Assembly (NCBI GenBank): GCA_964016885.1
Contig: OZ024757.1
Span: forward strand, 43,524,001-43,588,000
DNA: 64,000 nucleotides
Reading direction: 5' to 3'
Source of the DNA: Eledone cirrhosa
Lineage: Eukaryota
The notes beneath the pieces are model-generated. The model ran no database searches. It was not told the DNA's origin and saw only the letters and a program-made list of their open reading frames with translations. This document shows positions 57,241-64,000 of this stretch, piece after piece. A program made the position numbers and the translations under genes. Numbering within the stretch: the first letter of the stretch is position 1; the number at the start of each line of letters is the position of its first letter.

Positions 57241-58289
57241 CCAACACAAGGGCGGTTGTCAAGTCCTTGACACAACTGAAGGGTCCTTCCAAATAAAGTA
57301 TAATGAAAATATACAAGAGGGAAATCTGAAGGCAAAAACCAATTTCTAATAAATAACACGCAAGGAAAATTACAAATTATTAGCACTACATACGATTAAA
57401 GTAGCATTAATATATAGAAAACATAACAAATAATCGCACAATAGTTTCAATGAAAATAATGTAATGTGGTGTGTCTTTCTTAAGTGTTAAGTACTGATGA
57501 ATGTTAGGTTAGTGGGATTTAGTTAAAATGTGTTCTAAGCAACACCGGATTTAATGGGGGAGCAATTTCTCCTGGCCCCAGAGTAGTGGGGAGGGGGGGG
57601 GGGGACAGCAACAGCCATAGCAATTTATTTGCGCCTTCTGCTGGTCTTTTTAGTTTTATTCCATAGACAACAAGGAGAACATTTTTTAACAAAAAATATT
57701 TAATGTCTTTACTGTGGCAAAATTCATCAAATGTCGGGTGTGGGACTGTGACAACCTATCCAACCCATGCCAGTGTGGAAAGTGGATGCAAAATGAGGAT
57801 GGTTAGATTTTTTTTATTTAATACCTGTATGTATAAATGTTCAATTCCAATAAATTGCGCCAAGCTAACTTTGATATGTAAAATTGGGGATTTACTGTGT
57901 ATTCTAATTTTTTTGTGTAAGAAGCCCCCCACCCCCACCGCATCCCTAAATCTAAAGTGCCCTGGGTCGTCTCTGCAAGGTCTAAATTTGGACCTGGTTC
58001 TAAGCTGAAGGCATGTCAGGCTGGTGCTTATCTCCAGTTTCCTTGGTATTAAGTGACAGAGTACAAGGCTCTCCCTCGATAAGATACTGATCTGTGAAAT
58101 TATAATTCTACTATATGTAAATAATATGTAATATTGTTTTGAAAAGAAGTCGTAACACAATTCTTTGCAGGAAATATTTGCAAAATTACAAATCTGAACA
58201 ATATAGATTCAGAAATTAAAGAGACTTCTCACCACCTCACCACCTTAACCCTTTTGCTATCAGCTTGGCCAAAACCAGCTCTGGTTCTT

Positions 58290-59280
58290 GTTTTGTAGAC
58301 CTCAAAAAGGCTTATGGCCATGTTCCTCAGGACCTACTGTGGCGGGTTCTGTGGCCCTGATGTCTCTATACGAATGCCCAAGTATTTATGTTCAGATAAA
58401 TGGTGGCAAATTGAAACCATTCAATGTGGGAGTCAGACTCCACAAATAGTGCATACTGTCACCTCTCCTGTTCATTATTTTCATGCACAGGATTGACATG
58501 AGCAGTCGGGTTGAAAGTAGTGTCACAACAGGCAGGTGTAGGATCAGCCGGCTGGTATTTGCAGATAACATGGTGTTACTTAACTGGAAAGGTGATCTTC
58601 AACTTGTACTTGACATGTTTGATGCCAAGTGCTGCATTGCTGGAATTAAAATCAGTGCTGCCAAAACTGAGACACTCTTCCCCTCAAGGAAGTCTGCACA
58701 GTAATTCAACATGTGAGTGGAGTTCCACTGAAGTAGGTGGAGAAGTTTAAGTATCTCAGGGCAATGTTCACGGGTGATGGAAGGTAGGAGGCTGAATTAA
58801 GTGCAAGAATTGTAGGAGTTGGTGCAGTAATGTGCCAGCTTCAGCATTCAGAAGAAGGGAGGTATAAAAGCCAAAAGTACTATCTTCAATTCAGTATTCA
58901 TACCAACCCTTACCTATGGTCATAAATGTTGGGTAATGACTGAAAGAATACAATTGTGAATACAAGCAGACGAAATGGGGTTCCTCCGAGGATCTTTGGA
59001 GTAATGTTACTTAATAGAGAATGTAGCTTGAAGATCAGATAGTCACTCCAGGTAGAGCTGCTACTTTTCTGAATTGGACATGTGGTTAGAATGTCTGAGG
59101 AAAGAATCGCTGAACAGATTTTATGGGCAAAACCAGTCAACAGCAGACCCGAGGATAGACCCCCCGAGCAAGATGGTTGGATAACATCCATGACCTTGGC
59201 TGGTCTTGCTTTGGGATCCAGATGGATCAGTTGGAGACGCTTCTGACAGGAGTGTTTCAGGACTCTGCCCCCATGAATAA
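58290..59280 (+). mobile_element. Old RTE LINE family D (no PHD insert); minus-strand fragment at ~62100-62316
   Basis: FVDLKKAY, LVFADN, GIKISAAKTE, VEKFKYL, PTLTYG; many stops. Confidence 0.8.
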
Positions 59281-59358
59281 GCAAAAAAGCCCCCCCCCCC
59301 CCCTCCCCGCCAAATAAACCTGAAGTGCCCCATGTCACCCAAGTTCTAAATCTGGCCT

Positions 59359-59406
<48 letters not shown>

Positions 59407-59778
59407 GAAAGGATAAAAAGGACGATTGATTATTCCTTCATTGCATTTATTGATAGGTGACGCGCTGGATATATATATATATATTCATATATGTATGTAT
59501 ATATGTAAGGATGTATGTATGTATGTATATATATATATATATATATATACATATTTATGTATATGTATGTATATATGTATGTAGGTATATATGTATGTAT
59601 GTCCAGCACATGCTAGCAGGGAAAACATACATTAGATGATGATGACGATGATGGTGGTAGTCACAGCTGGAATATATTTGATTATAGGATATCGAGATTA
59701 ATGAAGGACACATTAGGTAATGTAGTCCAAGATACACCATGAAAATATGTAATAGAAATATTTCGTTAAATTACTCAC

Positions 59779-59967
59779 CTGCAATGCTTTCTGATTTTCA
59801 TTAAGTTTCAAGTAGATACAGCCAAGATTATAAGAGATTCTGGCTGTGCTGTCATCTACCACTTCCTCGAATTGTTTGGCTGCTTCCTGAAGTCTGCCCT
59901 CACCATAAAGATGGGTTGCCTTGTCCCAGACCATGGCTAATTTTTTCAGTGGGATCGTCGAAGACAT
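59779..59967 (-). CDS. NCF2: NCF2/NOXA1-like first coding exon, TPR1-2 (MSSTIPLKKLAMVWDKATHLYGEGRLQEAAKQFEEVVDDSTARISYNLGCIYLKLNENQKALQ)
   Basis: ATG at 59967, upstream acceptor at 59984-59985, gtgagt donor in phase 0; matches p67phox ..ISLWNEG..SRICFNIGCMY. Confidence 0.93.
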
Positions 59968-60224
59968 GTCCAACTTTTCCTGTCTATAATATAATATAAT
60001 ATATCTTTCTATGTATTCTGTGTAGGATGTTTCTATGTATTCTGTGTAGGTAAAAAGTCAGCTGAAAAAGTTGAAAATAGATAAAATGTTGTGATGAAAG
60101 AAGAAATATTTGTCTAAGTAAAACTACAAATTGTTTCCTGTTTAAAAAAAAATACTGAACGGAAATGTGAGTCATGCTTTGGTGACAACAACTACATGAT
60201 AATATAATATATAATATAATGGTT

Positions 60225-60352
60225 TCTACTATTGGCACAAGGCCAGCAATTACTCAGTACATTACTGGTACTTTATTTTATCGACCCCGTAAGGATGAAA
60301 GGCAAAGTTGACCTCAGCGGGATTTGAACTCAGAATGGAAAGGGCCGTAACT
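60225..60352 (-). mobile_element. tRNA-derived SINE, 3' part
   Basis: Near-identical to 12745-12880. Confidence 0.75.
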
Positions 60353-62316
60353 CTATATATATATATAATATAATATACTAAAGTGTTGGTGTAAAGCTAC
60401 AATTAAAGTGTGTAAAATGGATTGTTCAATCGGACATTATATGAAATTAGTTTTCTTCAATTCTTTTGTTCATCCTTTTTTTTTTTTTTTTTACAAAACT
60501 CTGGAATAACAAATATCTTTTGAATTGAATCCCTGTTTGACGGCTTATAAGGTTAAGGGTCAGTTTGGGTTACTGGCTAATGAAGTTCTAGTGCTACAAG
60601 GGCCCTTCAAAAGACCTATCAAGTCTCCCCATCCGACGGGGAGATCTCTCACCCACTTTGGGTATAGCTTTCATTATGTAAAATCTCCCCATTTTGCCTC
60701 ATTCCTCCCCGCTTGGGATTTTAGAGGTTGGCAGGTCTGCTTAAATTAAAATTGTACTAAAATATTACAACTAGAATTACGATGTTGAGTGATAATAAAA
60801 AACAAAACAAAACAAAAACAAACGCTGTACAAATGTTCTACCCCTCACCTGACATTTGTAGTTTAAACGTATTTACTTATTATTATTTGAAATGCCTGCC
60901 CTGCCCAAATTAAGGTGCATCTTGTAAGCCCCATATAAGCCCTCAAATATGGGTACTTTCACTGCCGTCAGCAGAGTTTCATTTCAACTAGATGAAGTAA
61001 ACTGTTATCTAAAAGTAAAAAAAAGAAATTATTTACCAATGTTTCAGATCTTTCACAGCGAAATGTCGGGGTTTAAATATTTACAACTTTTGTTGAGGTT
61101 TTCTGTTTCGTTTTCTTCCTATTCACATCGTTTCTGAGCTGAGCTGACTAATTTGGTTATAATTATCTGCAAACACAGCTACCGCACGATTTTATTGTGT
61201 GGTGATGAATACAGAAAGAGATGTGATTGTGATAAAGATTAATCAGGACATCTCTTTATATATATATATATACTTTGATGTTGTTGCCATAGAGAGAGGG
61301 GAATGAATATATATATATATAAAGAGAGAGAGAGGGAGACAGAGAAATATATATATAAAGAGAGGGAGAGACAGGAAATTATGAAGTTGAACACACCTAC
61401 TCCTCCTACCACTGTCTTTGTTTTACTCTCCCCCCTCCTCAATCACTTTAGCCAAGCCTTTCACTAACCCCTCCTCCCGCCTTATTGGTTCCACAACTTG
61501 ATTGAAACTACTACTACTACTACTAAAATTACCTACCACCACCACTACTACTACTACTACCACTACTACAACTACCATGACCACCACTACCACAACCCTA
61601 ATCTAAACACGTATACATACCTTTACAGAAGCTCTATTCATTCAACCATTAACAGGACACATGTTGCCAGCTTGTGTTCATTACTAGGGTGTGTGGGTAA
61701 GGGTATTCACAACACAACACAGCACACACACCACAATACAGTTTATTCTTTGTCCTGGTTAAATTACATCTCATATTGTTAGCTTCAAAAGCTATAAATA
61801 CACCGTGTATTGTATTTTTGTTAAGTAAGGAGTGTTATATTGTGTTATGGAGATGGGGTGGGTCAATAAATAAACAGGATCTATTCTAACTTCACTAAAA
61901 TAATATCATAAACTGAAAAGGAGTTTTTTAACCTTTCGTGGCAATATTTCTAATGAAATACAATCTATTTCAATTAATTAATGAAGAACTTTGAAAGATT
62001 TACTAAAATCATTATTTCATTATTCAAATAGTAACTTAATGTAAGGTTCTTACACAAAATATTTGTCTTCTTTACCTCCTTCTTCTTCACCCACTTACTC
62101 CTGAGAGGGTCGTGGACGAAGTCCTCAAACACTCCTCCCAGCAGGTCCTGTCAGAAGCAATCATCTCCAACTGATCTGACTGGATACCCAAGTGAGACCA
62201 GCCAAGCTCATGAATGTTATCCAACCATCTTGCTCAGAGTCTACCCATGGGTCTCCTGCTGATTGGTTTTGCCTGTAAAATCTGTCCAGTGATTCTTTCC
62301 TGGGACATTCTAACCA

Positions 62317-63445
62317 CATCATCATCACCGTTTTACGTCCGTTCTTCCACGCTAGCATGGGTTAGACGGGTTGTCCTGTTGTGGGCAGTGTCTGGTCGGC
62401 TGACCATGCCTTGCTCATACAGGAACTGATCTGGCTTGATTTCTACAGCTGGATGCCCTTCCTAACACCAACCTCATTTACAGTGAGTGCTGGGTGCTTT
62501 TTCGTGGCGCCTACACGTCCACTTTACAGTGTGGGCTGGGTGCTTTTTTGCCGTGGCACCTCCACGACCACCTTGCGGTGGGGGCATATTGTTTATATGC
62601 TTCAGCATGTACCCATGGGAGGTCGGGTACCCTGTATTACTGCGTGACGCCAGAAGTCACGGTCGTGTGTCATTGACTTTGAGAGGTGTAGTTGGGTAAG
62701 GTCGGCTTTTATCACCTCATCCCAAGTCATCTTGGGTCTCCCCACTCCGCGGTTTCCATCAACTTCTAGTGCTCTGCACCTTTTTATGCAGCTGTCATCT
62801 TTCATACGCATCGCATGTCCATACCAGCGTAACCGTCTCTCCTGCACGCAGCATTTGATTCCTCTTATGCTCAGTCTCTCTCTCAATTCCTTTATGCTTT
62901 GTCGTTCACGTATATTACTGTTACACATCCATCGGAGCATGCAGGCTTCGTTTCTCTCTAATCTACGTAAGTCTTCCACCTTCAGCGCCCAGGTCTCACT
63001 ACCATGCAACATCGCTGTTCGGATACACGCATCATACAGTCTGCCTTTCATTCTGAGGGAGAAGCCTTTTGCAGCTAGCAGTGGTAGTAGTTCCCTAAAC
63101 TTCTTCCATCCCGTTCTTACCCTAGTTATTGTACTTTCTGAGCACCCACCTCCGTTGCTAATTCGGTCACCTAGGTAGCAGAAGCTGTCTACTGTTTCTA
63201 CAGGGCCCTCCCAGAGATTGGTGGTACTTGTTTCCTGTGGCTGTTTGCTTGCTGTTTCAGCACAGCTGCTGCATGTGAATCCTACATTCTTAATTAAGCT
63301 TCCTGAGATCCCGCTACATCTCTTGTGTACCCATTGTTTGCATTTGGGGCAGAGAATGGAGTTCCTACCTACACCTTTCCTACATACTGAGCAAGGCCAT
63401 TTCCCTGAGGGGATCTGGGTTCTGTTTTCTCGTCTACTTATAAGG
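62317..63445 (-). mobile_element. RTE LINE family C, 3' 1.1 kb, inserted into a family D relic
   Basis: ORF 62602-63051, PHD segment, 3' UTR, (GAT)n tail. Confidence 0.93.
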
Positions 63446-63488
63446 AGACGAGAAAACAGAACCCAGATCCCCTCAGGGAAATGGCCTT
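63393..63488. repeat. 96-bp palindrome (43-bp perfect arms) at the 5' truncation point of the RTE
   Basis: 63393-63435 is the exact reverse complement of 63446-63488. Confidence 0.93.
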
Positions 63489-64000
63489 AGTATTGGAGTT
63501 GTGATCTCTCAATTCAGAGAAGTAGCAACTCTACCTGGAGTGACTCTCTGATCTCCGAGCCCCGCATTCTATCGAGTAATGTTACTCCAAAGACCCTTAT
63601 GTTGGAAGATTTTTATATAAATTGGAAATCTTAAAAATGGGTGATTTTATTTCATAGAACCGGGGGTGGTTTTGGCCAGATTGGTAACTAATGGGTTAAA
63701 ACATCCAACTTATGTAACTGTTAATATAATGAATGATGTGTTCCTGCATGGAGATGCTATAAAATAAGGTGAACACTCCTCATCAACATTGTCACTGTTT
63801 AACGTCCATTTTTCCAACCTACCATGAGTGAGACGAGTTGTCCCACTGAGAGAGAAGCCAGATCCAATGACTGTGTTTTGCTTATACATAATTGCTTCTG
63901 GCTTGGTTTCTACAGTTGGATGCCATTCATAATCCCAACCACTTTACTGTGTAGTGGGTGCATTTGTCGTAACACCTACATGACTACTTTACAGTGAGTG

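Noticed and set aside
61037-61200. Non-coding first exon or promoter of the NCF2-like gene
   Set aside because: Only a weak minus-strand gtaaat donor; not supportable without transcripts

Overview
AT-rich, repeat-dense animal genomic DNA. The microsatellite load and the RTE/SINE/Penelope repertoire look like a coleoid cephalopod such as Octopus (inference). One host gene is recoverable: a minus-strand, ~38.5 kb NCF2/NOXA1 (p67phox-type NADPH oxidase activator) homologue. It has six phase-consistent exons for the TPR, activation and proline-rich regions (59967..~27983) and two exons for an atypical C-terminal SH3 (21965..21441). Between them lie apparently decaying exon relics, one PB1-like. 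Most other sequence is retroelement-derived: RTE LINEs (three families with a PHD finger inside the RT), a young Tx1/L1 copy, CR1-type fragments, two Naiad-type Penelope-like elements (one with an in-frame TGA at a conserved Cys), tRNA-SINEs and several hammerhead-ribozyme motifs. Also present: a ~5 kb 70-bp satellite derived from the Tx1 ORF2 3' end, several minisatellites, foldback/MITE-like palindromes, a ~3 kb tandem duplication and two multi-kb (TA)n arrays. All calls were made by eye; no searches were run.
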